From positions 1 through 64,000 of the forward strand of contig JALDZS010000114.1 of NCBI GenBank assembly GCA_022813965.1: a stretch of DNA of 64,000 nucleotides, in the 5' to 3' direction. Both the position numbers and the translations under genes were made by a program. This DNA comes from Toensbergia leucococca (Eukaryota). Shown here in pieces: positions 26,526 through 38,215 of this stretch. The notes beneath the pieces are model-generated. The model had not been told where the DNA came from and ran no database searches. It worked only from the letters and a program-made list of their open reading frames with translations. Within the stretch, counting starts at the first letter, position 1; each line of letters starts with the position of its first letter.

Positions 26526-28700
26526 ATGTATCTGAACAGAAGTTCTCCGTCTTTCTTGTCTTTGATATGGCTATGTACTTGTATTGGCATTGTCTGTGGG
26601 CTCCCACAACTTGATTTTCGAGATCTGAACCGTCTATCTATGAAGCAGACATCCGGTTCAGCACCTTTCGCAATAAATGGGGTACAAACAGGCGGTGTAC
26701 AGCAGCGCATTGAGATACGGCAACTTCAACAGAATAATCCACAGTGGAATTTATACCTTATTGCGTTGAAGCGCCTTCAAAATACCGATCAGTCAGAGTT
26801 GTTGAGCTACTATCAGATCTCCGGAATCCACGGCCGACCTTTCATCCCGTGGGATGGTGTTTCAGCAGCTGGGGATGGGAACAGTGGCTACTGCACTCAT
26901 TCATCCATTCTTTTTCCAACCTGGCATCGTCCATACCTAGCTCTTTTTGAACAGGTTCTCTACGGAATCGTACGGGAAGTTGCTGGTGAATTTGAGGACG
27001 CTGAATACACGGCAGCTGCTGAGACTTTTCGAATTCCGTATTGGGACTGGGCAGCAAGTGCGCCAAACGGCCAGAATACGCTTCCAAGTTCCATTGCGGG
27101 TTCTGCTTATATTGTATTATTCTTACCTAATGGGTCTGAGGTTATTAGCAATCCATTGTATCAGTACAATTTCCAGCCATTGAACACCAATGACTTGCCT
27201 GATTATCCAGTACGTTCGTTAGAAGTCAACCTTAGGCCAACCTTAGGCCAATCCCAGTGGCTAACTCAACATAGTTCAACGTCTGGCAAAATACTCTGCG
27301 GGGACCGACTGCCCCGAACGCCAGCGCTGTGAGCCAAGATCCTCAAATTGCCCGAAATTTAGATCAGTCGCAGTCCTCATTCAGTCAGAATTTTATGAAT
27401 TTGCTACAATCCTATCCGTTATATGGAAATTTCAGTAATAAGGCTTGGTATCCAGCAAACGGCCCTGGTAGCTATAGCAGTCTTGAATCTCTTCATGATG
27501 ATATTCATGGAATGGTTGGTGGTAGTGGTGGACATATGGCAGTTGTAAGTGATACCTGTTCTGGTAATGAAGATTACCCCTGCATCATCTTTTTCATTCC
27601 CCCAACCTATGTCTTGTCAAACCATGCCACTCTTGGTCATAGATAACGTACTGAGAATGATGCAGATTGAATATTCATCTTTTGATCCCATATTTTGGCT
27701 GCATCACGTTAATGTAGACCGCCTCTTTGCCATCTGGCAGGCCATCTATCCCGACAGTTATGTCGAACCCACTCAAGCGCAGTATGAAACCTTCACCATC
27801 AACGTCAATGATACAGAGGATGAAAACAGCCCATTGAAACCCTTCTACAACGACGGAACTGGCGATTTCTGGACTTCTTCATCCGCTCGTAATACCACCA
27901 CTTTTGGTTACTATTATCCCGAAACACAAAACCAGAACTCAGGAGCTGTCATACAGGCTGTGAACGCTTTGTACAGTGCGAGTGCAAATACATCCATCTC
28001 TCGCCGGCGGCGGCCTCGAAGAAAACGTAGAGTACAACAATCTCCAGAGCTAGGATCCTATATTGCCAATGGGTTTGATGTTACCAGTAGAGACCGACCT
28101 CTTCCCAATGGGAACGACCAAGAGGTTATGGACATGGATAAATCATACCGTGAATGGATCACCAACATCCGCGTTCCCAAGTACGCCCTTGACGGAACCT
28201 TTTTCATTCATGTCTTCCTCGGCGACTTCAATTCCGATGCAGCAACTTGGAACACTGAGCAGAATCTGGTAGGTACACACACGATCTTGACCAACAATCC
28301 CATTTCCTGCCAAGGGTGCAAACAGAATGTGGATGCTAGCCTCGTTGTCGCTGGAACTGTCCCGTTGACAAGAGCGTTACTCAAAGATGCGGACAAGGAC
28401 GAAGTCGACGAGACGGATGTGGAAGCAGTGGAGAAATACTTACAACAGAACCTGCACTGGAGAGTGACCAAGGTATTAGATATCACTCATCCAGGGTCAG
28501 CACAAGCTAACAATATATTTCAGCTCGACGGCTCCCCAGTCCTACTAGAACAAATTCAAGACCTCAAGGTCTCGGTCGTCAGCTCGTTGGTCACTCGAGC
28601 CGAGAGCGATTCCGAATTTCCCACTTGGGGGGACTTTACAGTTCACCGAGATGTAACGCACGGGAGGCCGGCGGGATTGCAGCACGGAGATGATGCTTGA
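26526..28700 (+). CDS. Secreted tyrosinase (type-3 copper) with C-terminal shielding domain, 4 exons
   Basis: Signal-peptide-like N-terminus; CuA IHG...YCTHSSILFPTWHRPY; CuB SLHDDIHG...DPIFWLHHVNVDR; CQGC in C-domain; introns ~27210-27274, 27545-27666, 28473-28522. Confidence 0.93.
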
Positions 28701-28911
28701 ATTGCATTTCTGAGTCAGGGTCAATGGTCCATGTCGGACCCTAGGTAATAGCATGGAATGTAGGCGAGCGGCATCCTGAGGTGTTGGCTATATGTACTGC
28801 TTGGGGATATTGTAAACGCATCTAGGGGGTTGGGCGGCTGTGTTATTACTATAAAGTAATATTATACTCTACAAGGAGTAACTATGATCTAGGAATTACT
28901 TAATTAGATTT

Positions 28912-29862
28912 CTACATTTCTTGAGCAGCCATGAAAGCATTGGCGTAGACACTCATTCCGGACACAAATCCTCTCCTCTTTGGTTGCCAACCGAGGATCT
29001 CTTGGGCCCGTCCCGAATCACAGTTGCCGCTCGTTCCCATAGCCTCAGCGAATACGTTTTCTCCAGCGCCAACCAGTTCTATACATCCCTTGAATCCCAT
29101 GACATCAGCAGCCGCTTGGAAGATTGCTGTCATGGGTTCACAGGAAGACGCGAGATCAAAAATCGGGTGCACCCCTGTCCCAGAGATGAGTGGAACTTTA
29201 TTGACGGCACAGGCCAAACCGGCAGCCACATCATCCACGTGAGCAAGAGATGACCTGCTGTCTTTCCGAATCGGAATCTGGACTTTGGACTCTCCGCTTT
29301 TGGCTGCCTCGAGCAATGGCGTCAAGAAAGAAGTCCAAATGGGGCTCTCCCTTCCGTAGATCAAAGCCGGTCGGATCACCATCGTGTTCAGCACATCACG
29401 GGCGGCTAGTACATCTTGTTCCATCTTGGGCCGCCATGCCACAAGACGCGGCGGCTGAGTCTTGGCGTGCTCGGTACCCACCGGATCGAGGTCGTTGACG
29501 AGGTCGTGGGACGATCCATGCACAAAGGTCCCGCTCGTATAGATGAAGCCCAACTTGGCCCCACCTTCTACGAGTCTTTCTTTCCCGGCTCGCATGACGT
29601 CCTCGAGAATCTTGGCCGATTCCATGTTCGCGCCGGCGACATCGACCACAACGTCGATGTGGACGGTCTTGATGAGTTCAATGTATGCGGCAGAGTCTGC
29701 GATGGAGCCTAATACTGGGATGACCTCGGCGATGGCGAGCTGTCGGGCCTTTTCTGGGGTTCGGGCAAGACCGTATACGGTGTGCAGCCCGCTTCGGAGG
29801 AGAGAGCTGGCCAAGGTTGAGCCGACGTAGCCCGTAGCTCCCAAGACGAGGACTCTCGGCAT
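28912..29862 (-). CDS. NAD(P)-binding Rossmann-fold protein (NAD-dependent epimerase/atypical SDR)
   Basis: MPRVLVLGATGYVG (GxxGxxG), FIYTSG, IRPALIYG, HVDDVA, LGWQP; ATG at 29862. Confidence 0.88.
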   Translation of the reverse strand: MPRVLVLGATGYVGSTLASSLLRSGLHTVYGLARTPEKARQLAIAEVIPVLGSIADSAAYIELIKTVHIDVVVDVAGANMESAKILEDVMRAGKERLVEGGAKLGFIYTSGTFVHGSSHDLVNDLDPVGTEHAKTQPPRLVAWRPKMEQDVLAARDVLNTMVIRPALIYGRESPIWTSFLTPLLEAAKSGESKVQIPIRKDSRSSLAHVDDVAAGLACAVNKVPLISGTGVHPIFDLASSCEPMTAIFQAAADVMGFKGCIELVGAGENVFAEAMGTSGNCDSGRAQEILGWQPKRRGFVSGMSVYANAFMAAQEM

Positions 29863-30739
29863 TGTGAAAGTGTAATTGATAGAATGATGGGGGAAAGTTA
29901 CAGACGAAGACAAGGATTTTAAACGACGAGCACAGAGATTCGGTCTTTTATATAGCAAAGCCTGACGAATGCTAGAATAGTAAAGGAGAGAAATATAGGG
30001 AGTGTATGTATGGTACACATAGAAAAGGTATTCTTATATCTTTCCACCAGCGGCCGGACCCGGAGTCGGACATAGCTGTCGTCGTCCTAAACTCCACGGC
30101 GGCGGACTTAGTTCTGACAAGAAAGCACAATGACATATGGAGCTCTGTCTCCGCCGAATGCTATTGGATGAATATACCACTTCATGTCACCCTTGACCTC
30201 TGTAACACGATGACGCTCAAATGGTGGATATGCGTTGCTGCTGATTCACTCGGCGCTAAAATCTGACGGCTTTATTGACGCCAATGCAAGTACGCTCAAG
30301 AATTCCCTGATACTTTCCTCACCTCAACTCTCAATGTCAAGAGTGTAAGCTACACGGCTTGGGTTCTTGAGGTCTGACGTCTATCATTGTCACTAAGTCA
30401 ACGCTAGAATATGGACGGTCATTTGCGGCTGCGTTTTGATGTGACAGCCATCTCGAAGAATTTGAGATTTCGTGATCAGTTGCGGAGTACTGTGAAATGA
30501 TTCGGAATTCCTCGGATGCCAGAAGCAAAAGTAATTTGTGAGAAGGTGAGAAGGTGAGATAAATGAGAGTTTGGAGGTGTCGCTCACGTGGCTCCCCACC
30601 GAAAACTTGGCAGTCACAAGCAACTTTTCATCAGCAACAACACCATACATGCACAGAGTCAATCAAATACTAGCCCAACTCTACTCTACAATTATGGAGT
30701 AACAGATCTTCTACAACAGCCTAGTGCCCCTCACCCACC

Positions 30740-31237
30740 ATGGCCCGCGCCTCCCTCCTCCGCACAAAAACCTCCCTCTTCTGCCAAGCCTTCCTCCACT
30801 CCAACCCCCCCACCGAAACCCTAAACGATTTCTTCACCCCCTGCCCCCAAATCACCGAACACGGCCCTGCCTGGGCCCGCACCCGCCTCCCCTTCCTCGG
30901 CCAAACATTCACGGGCCGCCGCTGCTCCCAATCCACCACCACCGACGGCACCATCACCTGCGACGACTACTTCGATCTCCTATCCTCCACTCTGTCTTTC
31001 CACCCGGACGACAACAGTTTCCCGCCCGATGGTCAATTCATTGTTGATGCTGCGGCGGGCGCTGTAAGTGTGGTGGCTCATGCCAGGTTTACTAGCGTGG
31101 CTACAGGGAAGGGCTGGGAGGAAGATTTCATTTATCGCCTTAGTGGGTTTGATGATGAGGGCAGGATTGGGCATTGGGAGATATGGGCTGATGCGTTGAG
31201 TGCATGGGAGGCTGTTGGCAGGGGCGTAGGAGGCTGA
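30740..31237 (+). CDS. SnoaL/NTF2-like fold protein
   Basis: 165-aa ORF; ITEHGP...LPFLGQTF, DYFDLL, ARFTSVATGKGWEEDFIYRLSGFDDEGRIGHWEIWAD pattern typical of NTF2-like fungal proteins. Confidence 0.7.
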   Translation: MARASLLRTKTSLFCQAFLHSNPPTETLNDFFTPCPQITEHGPAWARTRLPFLGQTFTGRRCSQSTTTDGTITCDDYFDLLSSTLSFHPDDNSFPPDGQFIVDAAAGAVSVVAHARFTSVATGKGWEEDFIYRLSGFDDEGRIGHWEIWADALSAWEAVGRGVGG

Positions 31238-31384
31238 AGGAAGCTCGGTAGCTGTTGAGAGTGGGGAAGTGGACCTGGGAAAGAGGTGTGGTATGGATAT
31301 TGGCTCGCCGTGGAGAAGGAAAAGTTGAAAAAAAGACGAAAAAAGGAAATGGGTCGAGTCCTTCGACTGCACAACGATCCTACC

Positions 31385-31816
31385 TCAAAAAAACGCCCTT
31401 CCACCCTCCCAGCCATAAAAGTAGGTCCAGATAACCACAGCAAACAACCACCCCTCCAATCCCCGACAATATAAACCCACAACCCACCAACTCGACCCTT
31501 CCAATCTCTCCAACCTCTCCCCCAACCGATTTACCGCCCTCCCCCACCTCTCACCGTCCTCGTCGTCACGACCCTCACTCTTGCCCTTGGCGGCGGCGGT
31601 GGTGGCGGCGGCGGTGGTCGATGATACGGCCTCACCGTCGACGAATACGTCGTCAGCGTCGTTCTTCTCGCCGGAACTTTGTATGTGGAGACGTGCTGGT
31701 GGTGATGGGGGTGGTTTGTGGAGACGGTGATGCGGGCGGGGAGGGGGTAGGTGGTTGTCGTGTGCATGTTGCCTGGGCGGGAAAAGGGCCGCGGGAGGGT
31801 GAGGATGGGAATGCAC
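31385..31816 (-). CDS. Possible small protein with C-terminal hydrophobic segment
   Basis: 143-aa ATG ORF; His/Pro-rich start, Trp-rich hydrophobic end (WLFAVVIWTYFYGW); low complexity, so the ORF could be spurious. Confidence 0.4.
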   Translation of the reverse strand: MHSHPHPPAALFPPRQHAHDNHLPPPRPHHRLHKPPPSPPARLHIQSSGEKNDADDVFVDGEAVSSTTAAATTAAAKGKSEGRDDEDGERWGRAVNRLGERLERLEGSSWWVVGLYCRGLEGWLFAVVIWTYFYGWEGGRAFF

Positions 31817-32291
31817 ATTTTATGTATGTGTTATGTGTATATGCTCAATGGAGATAGAGAGGGATTCCTTTGTAGTGGTGGTGGTGGTAAAAATTGGGGA
31901 ACGAGGTTAAGGAAAAGTAAATGTGATTTTTTTCTATAATCAATGGGAATTTATCGAGGGAGAGAAACCATCACACACAAACTCAAAAGAGGGAGAGAGA
32001 GAAGAGAGATAGGTAAGACGAAAAATTAGGCCACCTAATCCCTCTCACCCCGAAACTCCCCCCCCCCACCTGGTCAAAAGAAAAAACCACGTAAACCATA
32101 ATAATCATTTCGAAAACATAAAAGAAAAATCCCTCCTCAGACATTTTGGCTATTTATAGCTCCCTCAATCTAGAAACCATGTAGTCAGAAAACATCATGT
32201 CTCAGAGGGGCTCGGAGGGTGTTTGAAACGGGGGTTGCATGGTGGCAACGGAGGTTGGATGCATAGCCACCCCCCCCCTTCTCAAAAAGCG

Positions 32292-32824
32292 GAAAAAGTG
32301 AACACCTTTCATGAACAATCCCATATTTCTTCATCATTCCTTTTTTGTCTTGAAATGTGATGGGCACTTTTGAAGCTCAAATCATTGAATTTTTTTTTCT
32401 TTCTCTTTTAAACTTCTTTGTTGAATTGTTTCTGTTGAATGTAAGAATCTTGAGGTTTTTGTTTTGATTCTGTTGATTCATTGTTGGTTACATGAAATTG
32501 TCTGAAGGTGACTGTGTTTGATTTAAAGATGATAGTGTGGTTCATTGATTAAGGTTGTTAAGATTCTTGTATTTGCTGTTGTGATTTCTGTGAGTTGAGG
32601 GTTTTGTGATAGATAGTGAAGATGACAGAATGAAGTGAACTAAAGTCTTTTAAGAGAAGTGATTTTAACTGTTAATATTTATGATGTGAAGACATTTTAC
32701 AATAATAAGTGCTGATGATATAAAGAATTGAGTCTTTTGAAATAAGTGAGTGAAAAATAAAGTCTTTAAATTAGCTAAATATAAAGAGTTTTTTCAACAT
32801 TCAAAATGACTGAATAGGTATCTA
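32292..32824. repeat. AT-rich, CpG-free degenerate segment (probable mutated repeat/TE relic)
   Basis: No CG dinucleotide seen between 32292 and 32824; TG/CA- and A/T-run-rich; no ORF; sharp right boundary. Confidence 0.5.
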
Positions 32825-33104
32825 CGTCATGGACTGATCTTTGATCACTAAATGACTCGTTGATGCAATTTATCCAGAAAACTAGCTAGGAGGGTTAAGG
32901 TGCAGGCCGAGATGGGGTTGTATAGGGTGACCAGTTCAAACCGTGATATCTGGCAGGCTTTGAGCTTGTAGACAGAATGTTATAACACTCATTGTGCTTG
33001 TCAAGTATTGAGGGATGCAGTCAGCTCAGAGCAATCTTACGTCCTAGTATGCTACCTCCCCTTGGAAGTCTTGGGTTCTTTTGAGCATTCTTTCCAATTC
33101 GTCG

Positions 33105-33925
33105 TCATAACATTGGCCCTATTATCGTCGAGAAATCCACACGAACTTCGTCACCGCCGGCTGCTTCGTTTGCCAGGCGGTAGGTCTTAACATTAAGTCT
33201 TCTAGGAATTTCACAACAAAGCACCTCTGAGCCGCACCGACTGAGCCGCTGCGTCTCTTGGACCAATAACACCCAAAGATCTTGATTCTTGGCCGTATTT
33301 TTCTTGCTGGTGATCCATCCATTGGTCGGCAATTTGTTGACGAGATTAGTAATGCCGGAAACAACGTGTTCCGAACTTGTTGCAATAATAAGGCGTTCGA
33401 AGCCTTCCCCATCCCATGCCTGGAATTGTAGTGCCGCGATTACTGCTCCTAATCCGGCGCGGTTTTTGGTATGAGCATACTCAATGCCGGTCGGTCCCTT
33501 CGATTCAAATTTGAACCTGCGGCATCCGACTTTAGATGTCTCGGCGGTGTGGAAGAAGAATGCCCATCCGCCAATCGAAGAGCCTTGACCATCGTAGAGG
33601 GGGGATGCGTCAGTGTAGGTGAGAATTCTCCGGGATTAGAAAGTCGAGTAAATCTAGGGGGTCGACATGGGTAATCAAAGGTTGTAGAGAAGAGACTATC
33701 AGGACTATCGTCCCCGTGGGGGGGACGAAAACATTGGCTGTTGTTTGGAACCGATGGTGGTTGAAGGTGGTAAATTTATTGGTATCCTCGTTGGGTGGGG
33801 AAAATAAGCTATCAACGTCGGACTCGATCAAATCATTCGTAGACGATCCTACTATTCTACCTGGATCACGTTCAACAGAGACTCTCAGTTGGTTTACAGC
33901 CTCGTCGGTCTCTCTCTCACCGATG
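33105..33925 (-). pseudogene. RNase H-domain pseudogene
   Basis: Fragments in shifting frames: ...PPRFTRLSNPGEF / ILTYTDA / GGWAFFF...KNRAGLGAVIAAL...IATSSEHVVSGI...NGW...KNQDLW; frameshifts and substituted catalytic acidic residues. Confidence 0.75.
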
Positions 33926-34650
33926 GCTGGTCTTGTAACTTCCCGACGAATGCGATCTAGCTTTTAAAGAATGGTACAAGTGGCTGTAGATCTTTGTTGG
34001 TTGTCGTTTTATCAATCAAAGCTCTGGATTCGGCAATAAGGAGTGTCGCGTGTACATATTGATTTGAAGAGGGCTGACCAAAGGACGGCCATATGGTCTT
34101 GTTATCCACCATTGCCGGATATAAGGCGATGCCTTACAGCGAAAAAGTGTTTGCTAACCTCTTAATTGAGTCGAAAAAAAGCGTGGCAGATATGCAGTTC
34201 CAAAAATTTGAGATTGACTATGACTATCGGTATCTCAGTTGTTTTCGGCAGAAGTTTCGCTGTCGAGATGTTACAATACTGTGCCATAATCCGAGCGTGA
34301 TAGGATACCTTGGTAAATCTAAGCTCGCCCGTACGCTAAAGTGGGGGGTGATGGTTCTCAGTATTCTAAATTACCGGTATTATTCCTGGATCACGCTACT
34401 CAAGCTTACCATCATCAGGTAGCAGTTGAAGCGTACATTTCTACTTGATCAATAGTGAGGTGGCATAGGTACTCATTTATCTTCATCAACCAAACTTATC
34501 AGATTCAGGTCAGTTGGGACATTCCGGCAATATCCCTCTTCGCGTGTCCTCGAACTCCTCAGATTAAAAGTCGAAAGGCCAGTGGAACGTCACCTTGGCT
34601 AACAACTTAAAGCAGATCAACATCGATTAACTTAGTAACCAAGCCATCCG

Positions 34651-35800
34651 ATGTAAGCAGCTCCTTGAGTGTAGTTAAAGCTCTTCTTGGTAAGGGTCAG
34701 ACTAGCCTCTTTATGGAGACTGACATATTTCACTCGATCCAGGAATCGCTCACTCTCCGTTCGGTCCAAGAAGGACAATGCCTCCTCTACTGGCGGCGAA
34801 AAAAGCGGGGCAAAGCACCGCTTTACCATGGCTTCGTTGCGAGGGATACAACAACCCGAATTAAGCAAGAAACTATACAAAATCATCAAGAGTGAAAATC
34901 ACGCCATTAGTGCCTACGAAACCGCGGGTCGAGAACGTGTCTCTATTGCTTCCCAGGTTTCGGATTGGGGAGAAGCTACTGGCGACGACTCGGTATCCGA
35001 CATCTCCGATAAAATAGGCGTTTTGATGTCGGAATTGGGAGAGCAGGAGGATGTTTTCGCCCAGAATCTCGAAGATTACCGCAGTGTTCTGAAACAAATC
35101 AGAAATACAGAGAGCTCCGTGCAACCAAGTAGAGATCATAAGTCGAAGATTTCCGACGAAATTCAAAAGCTGAAATACAAAGAGCCTCAAAGTACCAAGC
35201 TCGTACAACTTGAGCAGGAGCTCGTGAGGGCGGAAGCCCAGAATTTAGTGGCAGAAGCGCAACTAACCAATATCGTAAGTTTTACGCCAACTATTCTCCA
35301 AAGTTTCCAAAGTTAGCAATTAAATATATGGTCAGACTCGACAAAAGCTCAAGGAAGCTTACGATCTGCATTTCGCCGCCACTATTGAGCGCGCCGAGAA
35401 GCAGATCATGCTCGCTCGTCATGGACGTCGGTTGCTCAATCTTCTTGATGATACCCCAGTAGTTCCGGGTGACACTCGGCCAGCATTCGAACATACACAT
35501 CAGGCTCGTCAGATCCTGAATGACGCCGAGGAAGACCTTCGCGATTGGCAGCCGAACATTGAGCCCATTCCAAGCTCAGCGACGGAGCTGGGCTCAAACC
35601 TTATGCCTACCAATGTCAGTACCACAGGTACAAGTGTGGCTGAGCACAACGATGGACTGATGCCACATGGTGGGGAGGTAGTCGAGGGTAGATACGAGGG
35701 TCAAGGAGCGATTGAAGAAAGTCATCATGGGGGTCAAACAGGAGTACTGGGGACAACGCATGACAATGTCGATCAACCTCAATCTCAATGGGTGGAGTAA
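34651..35800 (+). CDS. pilB: Eisosome BAR-domain protein, Pil1/Lsp1 family (PilB-like), 3 coding exons
   Basis: AT(34651-2)|intron 34653-34742|G AAT CGC gives MNRSLS...; PELSKKL, LEQELVRAEAQNLVAEAQLTNI|TRQKLKEAY; intron 35275-35335. Confidence 0.88.
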
Positions 35801-36365
35801 TGGTGGCTTGTGAGCTTGTTCAATGACCCTGTGCCTCATTGCGATTTCCGGTATTGGTGTGGTTATGGTGTTGACATTGTCCGATTTGATGTTTCAACGG
35901 CGAAGCCTGGCACTTGGTTGTCTAGTAATGTTAATGAGTCCAGGAATTATGGAGTAACTGGCAGGGTAATTAATTAGTCTTGAATCAGTCATTTCTTGGG
36001 CTTGTGACCATTGACACATGATTGGTTTGGTGGTCAAAACAAAGACGACCAAAACATGCAGAATTTTCTGTTGAATATTTTATGTAAAGTTTTCAATATT
36101 AAATCAAAGTATTTACCTGTTGAACTTCAGACCACTGCTCGTATGACGCTTGACATGACCTTTTCGAATTCACTATCATCACTTGTATCATCCCAAATAA
36201 TGCTTCAAATCAATTGTGGCAGAATATCTGATATCCTATGTTAGGGATGGCCTTTGGATGCAACACCACTTAGGCACTTTCAAGCCGACTCGATCCAATT
36301 GAATTCCGCATTACCTTTGCCCCTTTTGTCCTACTCTGTCTTGATATATCGAGCCTAAGAACAAC

Positions 36366-38215
36366 ATGTCCTTCCTCACCTGTCTTCTCTTCAATACTGC
36401 TCTTCTTCCAATTCTGACTTTAGCACTATGGCCTCTTCCACAAGAGTACCAGCATGGCTCAACCATGTTGTGGCTTTCTCCCAATGTACAGACCATCTAC
36501 ACGCCCTCGAAGCCTATTGTGACACGTTCTTACCAGTGGGACAAGTTCGTGAATTATGTCAGATACCTGATGTCTGTAACCTCCATACATAGACACGAGT
36601 CATGCCTTGGCTGATCTAGGTCACCTCGTTTAGGCCGAGCCAGAACACTACTGGTATTGAAGAGACTCGAGAGGCTACACATTCTGCTGAAGTCTTGCTT
36701 CAAGCCGCTGGTGAACGCCTGCTAGAAAATGTGCGGTCTCAAGCCTTCGTGCCGTGGAAATTCCATCCTCGGAACGCAAGCTTCGAGCCGAAGCTTGATG
36801 ACGAAAGGTCTTACATCCATTTCATCGAGATCGTAGAGAATCAAAATGTCAAGCACTGGGAGTCTCGAAAGTCGGTTTCTGATGAATCTTACTCTCTGAG
36901 AATCTCTGAAACCGGAAATGTTCTCATTAACATTATCGCCCCGATCGGTGGAATTCGAGCGCTTGAGACGTTGTCACAGCTCTTCTATAGACACTCCGAT
37001 CCTATTGCCGGGATATACACGCCTTACGCTCCTGTAAGTATCAGGGATAGTCCTGCCTTCAAGCACAGAGGCCTCAATCTAGACATTTCCCGCAATATTA
37101 TCTCTCCCCAAGATGTAATGCGTACCCTTGACGGCATGTCATTCAACAAATTCAACCGCCTACACCTCCACGCCTCCGACTCACAATCCTGGCCACTCGA
37201 GATCCCCGCCCTACCAGATCTGGCAGCAAAAGGTGCATACCACCCCAGCCAAATCTGGAGCACCGCAGATCTCGAAGAAGTCCAAGTCTACGGCGCCTAC
37301 CGCGGCATTGAAGTACATGTCGAGTTCGACATGCCAGGCCACACAGCCTCCATTTTCCACTCCAATCCCTCCCTCATCACAGCCTTCAACCAACAGCCCT
37401 GGACGCCCTACTCGGCGGAGCCCCCTTCAGGCGAACTCCTCCTGAACTCCACCTCCGTATCCACCTTCCTCACAACCCTTCTCTCCGACCTCCTCCCCCG
37501 CATCTCCCCTTACACAACACTCTTCCACCTCGGCGGCGACGAACTCAACACCCTCACCTACACCCTCGACCCCACCGTCACCTCCTCCTCCCCCAGCATC
37601 CTGCAACCCCTCCTCCAATCCCTCACAAACCACCTCCTCAGCCTCGTAAAAGCCCACAACCTAACCCCAATCTTTTGGGAAGAACAACTCCTAGACTGGA
37701 ACCTCACCCTCCCCCAAAATAGCATCATCCAAACCTGGCGCTCCCCCGGCTCCCTCGCCTCCGTCCTCCAAAAAGGCCACTACGCCCTCTTCGGCGACCA
37801 CACGCACTGGTATCTCGACTGCGGCCACGGCACCTTCCTCGACCCCAATCGCACCAACCCCGATTCCTCCATCCATCCCCCCTACCTCGACTACTGCGCC
37901 CCCTACAAGAATTGGCGCGAAGTCTACTCCTACGATCCCCTCGCCGACATCCCCTCGGAGGAGCACCATCTCGTCCTCGGCGGCGAAGTGCATTTGTGGG
38001 GCGAGCTAACCGATGGGATTAGTTTGGACGGGACGCTTTGGCCCCGGGCCGCGGCTGCGGCGGAGGTGATGTGGAGAGGTGGCGGGAGGGAAGTGGGAGA
38101 GGAGGTAACGAGGCGGTTGGCGGAGATGAGAGAGGGGTTGTTGGGGAGGGAGGTTAGGGCTGGGATGGTACAGATGACATGGTGCCTGATGAATAAGGGG
38201 GGTTGTACTGCGTAG
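36366..38215 (+). CDS. GH20 beta-N-acetylhexosaminidase, secreted
   Basis: Signal peptide then ALWPLPQ; HRGLNLDISRN, LHLHASDSQSWP, EFDMPGH, FHLGGDE, WYLDCG, LGGEVHLWGE, LWPRAAA; one intron ending ~36632. Confidence 0.92.

Noticed and set aside
27228..27251. 11-bp tandem duplication (AACCTTAGGCC x2) in a tyrosinase intron
   Set aside because: Simple slippage duplication; not an array
26526..31237. Tyrosinase + SDR + SnoaL-like genes as a biosynthetic cluster
   Set aside because: No PKS/NRPS/terpene backbone, transporter or regulator nearby; adjacency alone is not enough
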